This document shows positions 26,411-39,649 of a stretch of 64,000 nt of DNA, in pieces; positions within the stretch are counted from its first letter, which is position 1, and every line of letters starts with the position of its first letter. The stretch lies in contig NC_087438.1 of the NCBI RefSeq assembly GCF_036321535.1, positions 8,186,001 to 8,250,000 of the forward strand, read 5' to 3'. Source of the stretch: Camelus dromedarius (Eukaryota). Both the position numbers and the translations under genes were made by a program. The notes beneath the pieces are model-generated. The model saw nothing but the letters and a program-made list of their open reading frames with translations, was not told the DNA's origin and did not search any database.

Positions 26411-26624
26411 TGTTCCCTTATTTGCGCCAGAGACAAGGTTACGTCTCTGAGGTGTCAACTTCAATGACCAGTAATTACTGTTTTCCCAACTCCTGAACTC
26501 TGGGCTAGAGCAGAACCTCTCAGAACCTCAGCTTGCCCCCATGGCTTTACGACAGTTAACACAGAAGGAACGCTCCTATGGGAAACTGAAAATTCATTGT
26601 CTTTATCTGAACAAAGGCATAAAA

Positions 26625-26870
26625 ATTATAATGGCTCCCAGGTACTGAGGGCGGACACCTTATGCAAGGTCCTGGCCTAAGCACTTGGATTCTTTAGCTC
26701 ATTTAATGCTCATCCTGTTCTGATGTGGTAGATACTTGTAACCCCAATAAGAGAGGCTTGGCTGAGCCAAAAAGCTTCCTCAAATTACACCACTAGTATG
26801 GGCAGATCTGGGCTTCAACCCAGAGTTCCCAGTCTCCAAATCCTTTAATTTTAACTATTTGCTATAAAGT
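26625..26870 (-). mobile_element. MIR SINE
   Basis: atgcaaggtcctggcctaagcact...ctcatttaatgctca...ggcagatctgggcttcaacccagag. Confidence 0.7.
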
Positions 26871-27869
26871 CTCTAATTTTAATGCATTTTCTAGCTGTTA
26901 ATTTAGTTTTGTTTTCTTTTTATACCATTTTAATACATATTTTGTAGTATAAGAAATAAAATTAAACACATTTGAATGTTTCTCTACTGAAATAAAGTTT
27001 CTTCCATTTTTTTTCTTTTAACAAAGAGAAACAAGGACTGATTATACTCAGAGTTTATTGTTTCCTGCTGTCTTAAAGCACAGTTAGCGATATTGTCAAT
27101 GTCTGTAAATAAATTCCAGGAAGAGAACATTGCTTTTGATAAAGGTATTTACTGACAGTAAGTGCTAAAGAAATCAGGAGCACAGACTACTAATTACTGT
27201 GTCCCTCTCAGTCTGACAGACACATATTGACCATGATTTTTAAAAGCCCAGACAGTTGATTCTATAAAGACCAAAAACGAGTCCATTAAATATTGTGCCA
27301 AAATCATGCTGAGAAAAACTGATACGGGAACTTGCTGTCATGATAAAGACTTCATTTCCAAGTAGGAGTTACCAATGACAAAGAGAATAAACCTAACTGT
27401 CAGGAAGAAATAGGAATTAGATTTAATATAACATTAGTTCCCACAGTAAAGCCACAAGGCATTCAAATCTGGTACTACTTAAATATTAAAATCGTTAAGG
27501 TGAATCAATCTATGTTTGGTTCCATTTTGTCCACAGTACGGGCTGGTAAAACCATTGGTCCTTCCTGCGACCACACGTGGAATGATTCAGCCTTTGTTTT
27601 CAGGAGCAAAATATTTTAATACCCAAAGCTATCCCAAAATCCTATTTAATTTTTTGTCTTTAAAATTAAGGACCAAAGAACAAAACGTATCACTGTGTGA
27701 GGCTCTCCCTTTCCATGAGCATTTACTCATCCTGGGCTTTTTTAGGGTAGATTGTTGCCATTTAGTCTTGACAACTGTTGGAAACCATTGAACTTAACAG
27801 AACTCTTACCTAACGTGTGGATCCTCACTGTACAGCTGGTGAGATAACCAGTAATATCTTCGAGCAGAA

Positions 27870-28350
27870 TTCTCTCACGATTTCCCACAGCTTTGTATAA
27901 AATGCTTGGTACCAGTATCATAGAGCTCTAATTATTCTAGCCTTTTTTTTTCATAATTAAAAATAAATTTTGCCTCTTCTTGTGCTTTCCCTAAGTTTTT
28001 TAGCTTCATTCATTGCTTTTTTCCAGGTAAACTTTATATTAATTTTTATTTCCTATATTTTGCCTCATCCCTAATGAATTATTTTTTAACTGGGATTGTA
28101 TTCAATCTATAAGTGTACTGGGGAAGAACACCTTTTAAATGTGCAGTATTTACATAAAGTCACTAGATTACACTTTTATCACTTCTATAAGTTTCTACAT
28201 TTAGATTTCAAGTAGTTTTGGTTAAAATAACTTTCAAGAATGCTACGGTTTTGCAGCTGCTGAATTTGAGATCTTGTACTGTTAAATTTTCGAACAGGCT
28301 TTTACAGAAAGAACTGCTATTGATTTTTATATTACAGTATATTTTCTAAT
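27870..28350 (-). mobile_element. Old L1M fragment
   Basis: ttccaggtaaactttatattaattt...gggattgtattcaatctataag...gctattgattttta is antisense L1 ORF2-like sequence. Confidence 0.5.
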
Positions 28351-29847
28351 TTGTATAGATGTACAGTGTGAAAGTGTTAGATTGACCAGCAATTATCTGA
28401 CATCAAGTTCAGTATGGAGAGCAAAATGGCTAAAACAGAAACGTTTCCTAGACTAAGATGAGCACCCTTTACTGATTAAATTTTAGCAGTGTCACCTGTT
28501 AACAAAATTCAGTGTCGGGTCAAACATCTTCAGCAGAAAATACAAAATAGATTGCCAGATCTCAAGAGCTAGAGTAACAGAATACATTTTATAGCCAAAA
28601 CGTCGGAGTACAGGAATTGAGAATAGGTGACAATCACATTCTCAAAGATTTTATGGCACACAACAGACACATGCCAATAGCAGGAGACAGGGAGGAGAGA
28701 AAATGCAAAATCAATAAGAAGCAACTGTGACTCGTAGCATCTTCTAGCCCATTCCTGGCATTGACTGTTCACATAGTTTATTGTAAGTAATAAGCTTTCT
28801 CTAGACCAAGCAATAAAGATATAATCAACACCTGGCACCCCACGGGCATCCACTCATTTGAGATGGGAATACTGGGTTGTGGATGGGGCAGCACTGACCG
28901 TGGCTTTCCAGAGCAAGGGAGGGAGCCCGAGCAGGTTTATTCTCACTGTCACTGGGGAGAATTCACTGGTACACTCAGCAGCGGGAACGGGAATGGCTCC
29001 ATCATCTCTCCCAGGGAAGATGTTCGTATCAGGGGACAGTTAAAAACCTCTCCTGATGCACAAAGAAAGGACACAGCAGGTATGTGCACAGTCAAAATGC
29101 CACCAGAACACCACCTGCTGAGTCAGGAACTCAGGACTCAGCAAGGACAGTCATGAATAGCAGGACAAGGTCTGAGGTCAGGGTATCTAAGGAGAGTCTC
29201 TGTAAGATCCACAGCTGTTCCAACAAGGGTGCTGGGCATGACCCTCAGGATGCAATGGAGTCACAAGTTTGGCTGTATCCCCCATCCGTCTTATAATGTT
29301 AAGTCTGCATGAGCATGTGACCAAGTCTGGATAGAATTAAAGGTCCCTTTCTTCTTTGGGAAGCAGAAAACACAAGAGCCTTAAGAAAAGCATCCACACT
29401 GTCTGGAGCCGAGGGCAAACAAATGAGGGAGCTATCTGTATATGACCATTTGGTTTCCATTACAATTTGTCTACAGAAAACCTGAATCTTTGTAACTGCA
29501 GATTTTTGCATTCTGGCCATGTGAAATTGGGGGAAAAAAAAAAAACCCAACATGATTTGTATGGTTAAGACTTTGATTAATTATTTAGATAATTATTATT
29601 CAGATATGTAATAATTAAATTCACTATTAGCCCCTACTCTATGCATTGGGCAAGATAGTGAGTTCTCCTCACCTCCCCTCAAAATAAGCAAGACTTATCA
29701 AAGATCTTCCAGTCTATCCAGAGGGAACACTTAAACATTGCAATACAAAAAAAAAAGGGTTTATAACAGTGAAAATCAAGTTTCAGAAATGATACTAGGA
29801 GAGCCCAGAAGGAAGGGAGAACAAGATTTGTTCCCCTTTCCCTCCCT

Positions 29848-30156
29848 TCCCAGTGGTATCAGGCGGTCGGCGTGCCCAGAGGAGGTCATTAGGATTTGAT
29901 GAAGTCATGAGGGTGGTGCCCCCATGAATGGGATTAGTGCCCTTATAAGAGTCACAAGACCATTCGCTTTCTCTCTCTGCTCTCTGCCACGTGTTGGCAG
30001 TTTGCAACCCGAAAGAGTACTCTCAGCAGACTCAGACCATGCTGGTACCTTGATCTCGGATTTCAGCTCCTAGAACTGTGAGCGGTAAGTTTATGCTGTT
30101 TTTAAGCCCCCCAGGCTGTGGCACTTTTACGAGAGCAGCCTTAACAGACCAAGACA
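29848..30156 (+). mobile_element. MLT1-type LTR (5'-truncated)
   Basis: gtcatgagggtggtgcccccatgaatgggattagtgcccttataaga...gaccatgctggtaccttgatctcggatttcagctcctagaactgtgag...cagaccaagaca. Confidence 0.85.
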
Positions 30157-31619
30157 GAAGTTAATCAAGAAGTGAGAATCAACAATCTACCTTAGAGAAA
30201 GTAGTTTTTGATCTTGGCCTTGGACGTGCGGTAGCTTTCAAAAGACAGGTGGAGACGAGAGCTTCTTGGAGGGAAAGTCAGAAAGACGGCACCAAGACAG
30301 AAGAGGCCCTGCATGTGTCTACTCAAAGATCATGGCTTGGCTTGAAAAGTACCACTGCGAATCTGGATGGGAATTTTTTTTTTTTCTCTCATGAAAGTAC
30401 CTCTGAAGACCAGGATAACGTAAATTCTCAGTCCTGATGTCATATGTGTTCAAACTGAGCCCCTTAGAAGAGTCCCATTCGTTGAGCAAGTTACCTACGG
30501 TTGTTTCCCAGCTCTTGCTCTCATTATATTACAAAGTACCTCCCATGGTCCCCTCAAAGTGTCCGCAGCCCTTGTACGTGCCCCCCACTGGCTCTGTGTG
30601 CTAGCCCCACGCTCCTGGGGCATCTCCTTGTCCCCTGTTTGCATTTGCCCAGCAAAGCTGAGATGTGAGCATCAAAGCTGGGCTGCGTCCGCAGGGATAA
30701 TTTTTTGAACCAGCATCAGACGTCTATGGAAAGTCTGAGGTAGAGGTTATAAATCAAGCAAGTCTCACATATTACCCCCATTCTCTCTTCACACTGCAAA
30801 CAAGACAATTTGACCCACGAAGTTTATTTCACAAATACAGGCTGTGTGAGCCATCCTGGATATTGGCAGAAAGTGAGAGAATGTAGACTCGATGACAGTT
30901 GTTTGTTTTTTGTTTTTTTTTGTCCAGTAAGACCCAGGGTTAAATGACTTACCAAAGTTTACTCAAGAAGCCATGTTGCCAGAAATTAAATTTAGGATTC
31001 CAGATACTCAAGCAGCAGTGGATGACTAATTCTTACTGCCTTCTCTCTACCCTAGAACCTAAAAGTGAACAACTAATGGCATAAAAATTCCCAGTACACC
31101 GTTTTGAATCAGTTTGGGTCCAAGAGCACGTATTTTCATGCCCAATTTGAGTGCGCAGAACACTTGGTTAGCTCTTGCTCTCAAGGAATTTAGGGAAGAC
31201 AGTCACATATAGAGTGAATTCTAATCAGGACACAAGGAATGTCCAAACTTGATGTGTTAAGATTCCCCAGTGCTAGCACAGTAAACTGAGAACCTGAGTA
31301 TTGTAATACATGCAGACAGTCGACTGATCCAGGAAGGCAGAGGCTGAAACAATGAAACCTACTTTCCATATTTAAATGCAAGGTTGCTTTGAGCATCTTA
31401 TGTCCTATATCCACACAAAGGAAAGAAATAGATAACTTCCTGTTGCTAAACCTAGATGGACTCAAACCAGAGAATTTGGGAAACTAATTAACTTGGATTA
31501 TCCACTTAAGGACTTGTAACTCTATCAATAGTTTTACATTATTAATGACTTTTCAGAATTTCAGGATGTCTTTAAATTCCCACCGGACTATTCTGTGCTC
31601 AGCTATAATTGCCAATAAA

Positions 31620-31850
31620 AGTTATTACTTGGATGATCTACTAGGTGGCAAAGTGCTACGTGAGTTACATGCACAGCTTCACTCAAACTTCTCAATAATA
31701 ATGAGAATAAGTATTATTGCTCACGCTTTTCAGGTGAGGCAATGTGGGGACCAGATGGATAGGGAAATTTTCCAGTGATCCTGTTGCCATATGAAGGCAA
31801 AACTGAACATAACCCCAGCTGATTCCGCACCACCTTCACATATTTAAAAC
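31620..31850 (-). mobile_element. MIR SINE
   Basis: tattattgctcacgcttttcaggtgaggcaatgtgggaccagatggataggg is the reverse MIR core. Confidence 0.55.
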
Positions 31851-32254
31851 TCCACACACCCACACAGCCAATGGTCTTCCCCGCAACAGCTTCGCACAAG
31901 CTTCTTTTTCTGTAAATAGTAACATCCATTCCCCGTCCAGTATGGGGACATGTCCAGGGGGCATTAGTTCTGGGTAAAGCACGAGATAATACACTAAATT
32001 TACATGATTACTGTTAGAATTAAATTAGAGGATTGCCCCAAACACTTAAAAACTGCAAACTGTTATATAAATGTAAGATTTTAGTACTCTTTATCATTAA
32101 AAATAGAAAAGAGTTGTGTAATACTGAAGCGACAGTTGTGTTACTAGAGATACTTCTGTGTTTTGTCTTCCTTCCATCTCAATTATAACGTTGTACAGAA
32201 TGGAATGGGTCTTAGATAACTTTGAATGACCTGAAATGAAACATTACCCCCAAC

Positions 32255-32720
32255 TTTTTAAAACTGAAGTATAGTTGATTTACAATGTTGTGTTAGTTTC
32301 TGGTGTACAGCACAACAATTCAGTTTTATATATATATATATATATATATATGCTCTTTCCATATTCTTTTTCAATATGTTTTATTACAAGATATTGAATA
32401 TAGTTCCCTGTGATATACAGTAAGACCTTGTTGTTTATCTATTTTAGATATAGTAGTTTGTATTTGCAAATCCCAGATTTGTAATTTATCCCTCTCCCCT
32501 TCCCCCTTTGGTTACCATAAGTTTGTTTTCTATGTCTGTGAGTCTGTTTCTGGTTTATAAATAAATTCATTTGTATCAATGTTTTTAGATTCAACATATA
32601 AGAGATATCATATGATATTTGTCTCTGTCTGACTGTACTCACTTAGTATGATCACCTCTAGGTCCATCTATGTTCCTGCACATGGCATTATTTCACTCTT
32701 TTTTATGGCTAAGTAGTATT

Positions 32721-32767
<47 letters not shown>

Positions 32768-32822
32768 ATCACAACTTCTTTATCCAATCATCTGTCAAGG
32801 GACATTTAGGTTGCTTCCATGG
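32255..32822 (-). mobile_element. Young L1 3' fragment (antisense) containing (TA)n and (TG)n microsatellites
   Basis: tgaagtatagttgatttacaatgttgtgttagtttctggtgtacagca...ggacatttaggttgcttccat is the reverse complement of the L1 end at 35.7-36.5 kb. Confidence 0.92.
32723..32766. repeat. (TG)19(CG)3 microsatellite
   Basis: Read directly from the sequence. Confidence 0.95.
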
Positions 32823-35572
32823 ACACTGGGAAACATTCCCCTTTCCATGTAAGGGTCTCATTTTGACACAGAAAATTGGCGGATTCACATTTAAGAATAT
32901 TTGACTAAGGAGAGAATTGGCCCTTAGTCATGTTTTTTTCTGCCTTGACTAGACTCATTTGAATGTCAAGAAGAATGAGAAGTGGAGCCAGTGGAGCCAA
33001 AGTGGAGCCAAAGACTTACGTGGAGCCAGTCCCACAGCTTTACAGGTAGATCTTTTATGTCTCACTGTTTCAGTAGCAGGTCATGACTTAACACCACAAT
33101 TGCTCTGGCAACCAACTCTCCCCTCTAAAGGAACTGCTCTTTGAAAAGCAAGTTATTTTTGTTTTTTTAACAACTATATGAGGGCAATCTTAGACAGAGT
33201 AAATGCATACCTATTAGGGAAGAAGACTTAACCCAACAACAAACGTTTATGAGTTGGTACACATTTCCTATCTTGTCACTATCACAAAACCACTGCCTCC
33301 AAGTTTCTCCTTCTACTGTGGTTACAATGTCTATGAAGAATTTCTTTTTATTGGGTAATGATTTTCACTTTTCCTTATAAGAGCTGGGCAGAGGCTAAGA
33401 AAACACTGGTATAAATGGTGAACCTCTGGCAATTAATTCTTTGTATTCTTGGGCTGTCTGGGTTTCAGGGATTTCTGATGAAGCAAATAAATTTGCCTGA
33501 TGTCAAATAGTGAGGCGTTACCTTAAATCATCCGACCTTGGGTAAAAGAGTTTTATCTCAAATTAACTCAGTCAAAGAGCCAATATGACTTTGGTAAAAA
33601 TTAACCTGCCTGTTGTCAACAAGTCTATCATAATGATTCTTTATTACCCACTGACATTACATTTCACACTGGACTTTCTCTCTCATATGTATGGATGGTG
33701 AGATAGAGGAATGTGTGTGCACATGGGGTTTTGTTTTGTTTTGTTTTTCTCCTATTACACAGAAGATCTCATTTTCTCTTAAATTCCTCCCCCACCATTT
33801 TATCAATTTGTATCCATCGTCTCGTGAGCCCATTGCCTTTGCTGTGCTTGGCTGCCCTCTGAACTTACGTCTATTTTACCAAAGCAGTCTTTATAACATA
33901 GCTGATTGAATGTAAAATCCTGCATTTTACCCACGGCTCTGCAATTGCTCACGTCCCTTGCACTGTCATAAACTGCTTTCATATCCTGAGTGAACCTGGG
34001 AAACCTGGTGGTGTGGCTCTTAGAAGCTGGGAATTGCTGGAGTGGTGGCTTTTCAGCCTTTTAAGCACAGCATCTTTAGAGCACTTTGTCAAAACACATC
34101 ATACCAGCCACATGTGTTCATTTATGTGAACCAGAGAAAACAGCTTTTCTTCTAAGATCATCTTAAATCAGGCATATTGCTGCTGCTTGACTACTTCCCA
34201 GAGGTACATCACTGTTCCCCTTGACAGGCTGAACTTCTCATTGGCCTATATAATTATGCATTTTATTCCACAGTCCTAAGAAATCTGCACTGGTCCTTGA
34301 GTCCTCTGGCTCCCTGAAAACAATGACAGTCATCTCCACTGCAGTTAAGAACTTGGAACTGTTTATTAACACAGTGGATCTACTAAGCTCAAACCTGAAC
34401 ATCAAGAAATGCAGGTAGGATTAGATCAAGGTTAGGAGACATTAGATGGAAACTGTATCCTCTCTGACACCCTTGCTTGAAATCTCGTTGTCAAAACAAG
34501 TTTAACAATAACATTAAAAAAAACACTGGATGACATTCTGTTACACTAAACATGGTCCATCGTAAAGAATAAAATAATGTAAGGAAGCCCACCAGTGCAG
34601 GGTCATAAAACAAAACTGCCTGCCTATATTTAAAATCTCCATGCCATTTTGATGGATTGCCTGCCTTAATCTGGGTTTTAAAAAATACTGCCTTAAAATG
34701 CTGTTTGTCTTTATTCACTTGGTTTTTGGTTCCCCCTTAAGTTCCCTGCCTTTGGGGAGTTCCTCCCCTGCCTTACCCTCACCCTGCTCCATCAGCCAGC
34801 ATAAAGAAAAAAAAGTAATAATAAAATGAAAGGGACCAAAAGAGGAATTATCTGGGTGCCTCATCCACAGCAAGCTTTTGTTATTTTTTATTTTTAAAAG
34901 TCATATTTGTGTGGACAGGTTTGGGCCACAAAATGTGCAACTTTTTGCAGTCACTGCCAAGCAGGTTGGAAAGCCACCGGCCGAGGGAGGTCAAACCCTC
35001 CCGGGAATCTCCCTGGAATCTCCCAGAATCTCCGACACCAGCAGCCTGCACAAGCCTCACTGTTTGGGAAGTTTTAAGTTATGCTGTTTCCTTCTGAATT
35101 CCTTTGCATGGCCTTTTGACTGAGGGCCAAAGAACAGCAAACAGCCTGGGGGCTGGAGGGAGTGCCTGACCCCCCGCTATTGCTTCCCTGGGTCTGAGGA
35201 ACACCTCTCTGTACCAGTTCAAAAATCATAGTTCAAAAGCCTAGTTCGTTCCCACCACTGAAGCCCCGCCTCACACATGAACTTGATTTTGCTCTGGCCT
35301 CTCTGGCACTGACCTCAATACTGTAAGAATCAGAGTTTTGTGGTTTCCTGGGGCCCTTCCTCTGCACCATCCTATACTTCACATCTTTCTGGCAGCTCCT
35401 CAGTCTGGAGTTTGTAACCCCAGGACATCATGTTTTTATGGCTAGGAGTCTGGAGAGCAAGGCCCTTTTGCCAAATACTCCCAGGTTACTCCCTACACAC
35501 CATTTAAATCATAAAGTATCCTGAGCACTGACTCTCAACAATATTCAAGATTCAGATAATAGAGATCTTCCT

Positions 35573-37470
35573 GAATGCATTCATCTATTCATCCTTTAAA
35601 CAAAGAAACAGTGAGTGCCTTTTATGTGCCTGACACCTTTCTAGATGCTGTGAATGAAGCACTGAACAAAAGGACCAAAAATCCCTGCCCTCAACCCACT
35701 CCTGCCTTCAACCCTCCTACCCTGCTGGTGGGAATGTAGTTTGGTGCAGCCACTATGAAGAACAGTATGGAGGCTCCTTAAAAAACTCAAAATAGAGTGA
35801 CCATGGGATCCAGCAATCCCACTCCTGGGCATTTATCTGGACAAAACTCTAACTCAAAAAGATACATGCACCCCAATGTTCATAGCACTATTTACAGCAG
35901 CCAAGACATGGAAGCAACCTAAATGTCCATTGACAAATGACTGGATAAAGAAAATGTGGTATGTGTGTGTGTGTGTATCTGTGTGTATATGTGTATATAT
36001 AATCAGCAATAAAAAAAGAATGGAATAATGTCATTTGCAGCAACACGGATGGACCTAGAGATTAATTCTCATATTAAGTAAAGTAAGTCAGACAGAGAAA
36101 GAGAAGTATCATATGAGATCACTTATATGTGGAATCTAAAAAAATGAAAGAAATGAACTTATTTACAAAACAGAAACAGACTCACAGACATCGAAAACAA
36201 ACATGGTTACCAGGACGGAAAGGGGGGAGGGATAAATTAGGAGTTTGGGATTGGCAGATACAGACTATTAAATATAAAGCACATAAAGAATAAGGTCCTA
36301 TGGTATAGCACAAGGAACTATATTCAATACCTTATAATAACCTATAATGAAAAAGAATATATATATATATATATATAAATATATATATACATAATGATTG
36401 AATCACTATGCTGTACGCCAGAAACTAACACAACATTGTAAATCAACTATACTTCAATAAAAAAAAAAAAAAAGAAATCTGCCCTCAAGGTGCTGACATT
36501 CAGGTGGGGACAGGTTGCCCATAAACAGATACACGAGTAGAACAGATGGTAAGTCAGAGAGAGAGAGAGACGTGCCAGGGAGGAAAACGAAGCAGGGATG
36601 GCATAGAGACCACTCAGGGTCAGTGGATGTCATTTTACGTAGGTTGGTCGTAACAAAAAGTCCCACTGAGAACTCACTGAGAAGGTGACATTTGAACAAA
36701 GACTTGAATCAGGTGAGGTGGCGAGTGGAGAACTAGTGGGTTGGGGAGAAGTTCTAGCAAATGCTACATCCTTGACGCAAGAGCTTGGCTGGAAGCCTCA
36801 TTATCAGCGAGGAGACCAGTGTTGGAACAGAAAGGGGTGAGTGGGTGGGGGGCAGGAGTGGGGGTGGCGTGGGAGACAGGGGTTGTGGGAAGAGGGGGAA
36901 AGCAGACAGTATGTGCGGTCTTTCAGGCCACCGTAAGGACCTAGACTTCTCTCTGAGATGGGAAAGCTTAGAGGGGTATAGGTCGGGGGAAATTGCTTGA
37001 ATTATGTTTACAGCCTCCCTCTGGCTGCTACTGAAATGAGTTTGCTTGGGGACAAAGATGGAGATTAGGTGGAGGACAATGGTGGCTGGGACAAAAGTGA
37101 CAGCAGAGGAGCAGAAAGAGTTGTCTGAATTCTGGATAATTTTTAAAGTTAGTCAGTGGGTCTAATGAGTTGAATACTTGAGCTGGTAGAAGGTGAGAGT
37201 CAGAGATGACAGCTGAGTTTTCATATCTGAGCAGCTGGAAGTGACGGAACTGCTGTTTGCTGACCTGGAGAAGACGGTGCAGAAAGTGCAGGTTTGGGAT
37301 GAGAGCAGAAGTCCACTTTCCACCACGGTGGGTGTGAGCTGCCCATTATACACCCAAGGGGCCGTGAGAGTTGAGAGCTTGAAGTTCATGGAATTTGTAG
37401 TTCAAGAGAGAATTCTGGGCTGGCAGTAGAGAGTTGGCAGTTGGCAGAGAACAGATGGCATTTAAAGCTG
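35573..37470 (-). mobile_element. L2 LINE interrupted by a young L1
   Basis: Reverse L2 tail (cattcatctattcatc...gagtgccttttatgtgcctgacac) at 35573-35694 resumes after the L1 at about 36489 (gtgctgacattcaggtgggg...gaaggtgacatttgaacaaagacttga...gagagtcagagatgacagctgagttttc). Confidence 0.85.
35710..36474 (+). mobile_element. Young 5'-truncated L1 with poly(A) and TSD
   Basis: L1 ORF2-end and 3'UTR (gatccagcaatcccactcctgggcatttatc...atacttcaataaa plus A-tail); TSD core ctgccctcaa at 35685-35694 and 36479-36488. Confidence 0.95.
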
Positions 37471-37599
37471 GAGAGGACCCAACTGGCAGACCTGCTTCAT
37501 TGTGCTGTTCGTTGTCTTAAAGGAGAATTGGTGTGCCGTTAGACGGAGCCTGTATCCCCGGATTTTCTGTGCTCGCATCACTCTTTCTGGCCATCACTC

Positions 37600-37760
37600 T
37601 CTTCTGCTTTATGCCCGTCCCCCTCCACTCACGTATGATGCCTGGGGTCCCCTGTAAGCTCCTCACGAACGAACAGGGATCTTGAGCTTTACAGCTCACT
37701 GATGCACGTTCTTGGCACGGAGCTGATTCTCAGTAAATGTCTGGCAAACAAGTGAATGAT
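37600..37760 (+). mobile_element. L2 3' end fragment
   Basis: ctgtaagctcctc...ttcttggcacggagctgattctcagtaaatgtctggcaaacaagtgaatg. Confidence 0.55.
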
Positions 37761-39049
37761 TTCTGGTACAGAATATTGAAAGCACTCAACTAAGTATAAA
37801 GGGAAGTCAATGCCTAGGAGTATATTGGAGGTTTAGAAAGTGAGGTAGGAAACAGACTCAGAGGGAAAAAAAATGGACCTTTCACCAGCAGGCAGACCCA
37901 GGCGATGGAAAAGGGGACTGTTCGTACAAGTGAATTGAGAGGGAGGAACTCAGAATAGCGGTTAAAGACGGGCACAGAACTGGAGATCAGAATCAGCCTG
38001 GGTCAACAGCGTGGCCCTTGTCTGTCAGCACCACACACTGGCCCTCCCCAGCCTTCTGCCAGCTGCATCTTAGCCACACTCCTGAAGTTCTAGTACCTCA
38101 GCGGAGGGTCCCTCCATGCTCTACAGACGCACCCAGCGGATTCACGTCTCCTCGACCACGATCTTCTCCAGGCCCTTGCTACTGTTCAGTCTGTGGGCTC
38201 TCACGGAATATTCAGAGCTCTCACCAGGATTTTTGCTTTTGAGGCAACATCTCCCATCACTGCTTCCTATAAACTTTAGAGTCTGTCACACGGTGTTGTG
38301 CAGAGTTGACTTCGGGCTGAATCGGGCATCTGCTCACGTGTGCAGGGTGCACACAGCACAGTCGAGGCAGCAGCACAGGCCCATGGAAGGGCCAGGAGGC
38401 GTGTGCAGCAGCTGATGGGGCACCAAATCTAGAGGCAGTGGACAAATAAGAAGGGGACAGTCTTTCGAGGGAATGTGTGACATCAAAGGTGACCAACATT
38501 TACTCAGTAGTCCAGGCAGCATCCACGTCCATGGAGAGTAGTCCCTGGATCTCAAACACGCTGAGATACATCACCCCAGACCAGCTCTTTCCCACCTCCG
38601 TGTTTGATGCGGCTTTATTTTTGAATTTCATGATCACAAAGCACTCCTTTGATGCTTAATTTAACTTTTCATACCTGACACTGCAAAGTAATGAACTTTG
38701 AGTGAGGATGAATATTTGGTGATAAGTACACTCCTCATTTCTAAAAGGCATTTAAGACATTTTCAGCGATGGTTTAACGTTAGCTTCCTGGTTTGGGTTA
38801 GGATGTAGAGTTCGCCAGAGTCTACCGATATTTGGTGAATAAATAAAATGTGTTGTACCAGCAAAATTAAGACTCATAACGTGTAAGAAAAAGAAGTGAG
38901 GAAAAAGAGAATAGGAAAGTTCTGAAATTCAATTAATATAAGACACTCAAGAGTCTTATAATCTAATTCAGAACATTAAAACTGATGGATATGAAACAGC
39001 AGGTCAGACTAATCACGTGCTGAGGGAGGGTATTACCAAAGAGACACGT

Positions 39050-39220
39050 GAGAGTAGCTCAGAAATCGGGTATTATTGTCATCTGCACTTTAGGGACCAT
39101 GAAATGGCCACCTGAAGAGACCCGGTAGACCGCACCAGGTCAAACTGGGAGTCGGCGGCTGACCTGAAACTGGAGCCAAGATCTGCTTCCGAACCACATG
39201 CTCTTAACCATGACCTTGTA
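39050..39220 (-). mobile_element. MIR fragment
   Basis: ggtattattgtcatctgcacttt...gaaactggagccaagatctgcttccgaaccacatgctcttaacca. Confidence 0.55.
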
Positions 39221-39595
39221 GTTTACCGAGGAAATTCCACATTCTGGGCACTTTAGTTTTCCAGGATAATTCTACTTGTTACATTCTGGTATGTTAACTA
39301 TTCCAGAGCACAGAGAATGATGGAGTATCTGTATGTATTTCTATGGGGCAAGCATGAACTCGGAAAAATCAGAAAATAAATACTATCTTATTTATGAAAA
39401 GAAAAGCAAAGATTCTAGTTAAAACGGTAGCAAGCCAAACAGAGCAGTGATCTAAGTGAGGAGCACAATGTCTACTGGAGGTACGCTCACAGTCGGCCAC
39501 CCTGACCTTCACCAGGGCACCCAACCCTGCCCTGGACTGCCTGCCAACACCTTCTAAAAGAATTGCAATAGGAAAGATACCAGCCCCTCTCGACT

Positions 39596-39629
39596 GGAGG
39601 CAAACTCAGTGGTAGGGCATTTGACTGCA
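39596..39629 (+). pseudogene. tRNA-Cys(GCA) 5'-half retropseudogene (tailless)
   Basis: ggaggcaaactcagtggtagggcatttgactgca aligns to the mammalian tRNA-Cys 5' end GGGGG(C/T)ATAGCTCAGTGGTAGAGCATTTGACTGCA with about 4 differences. It stops at the anticodon and is flanked by cctctcgact / cctctccact. Confidence 0.8.
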
Positions 39630-39649
39630 AAATCCTCTCCACTGACATT

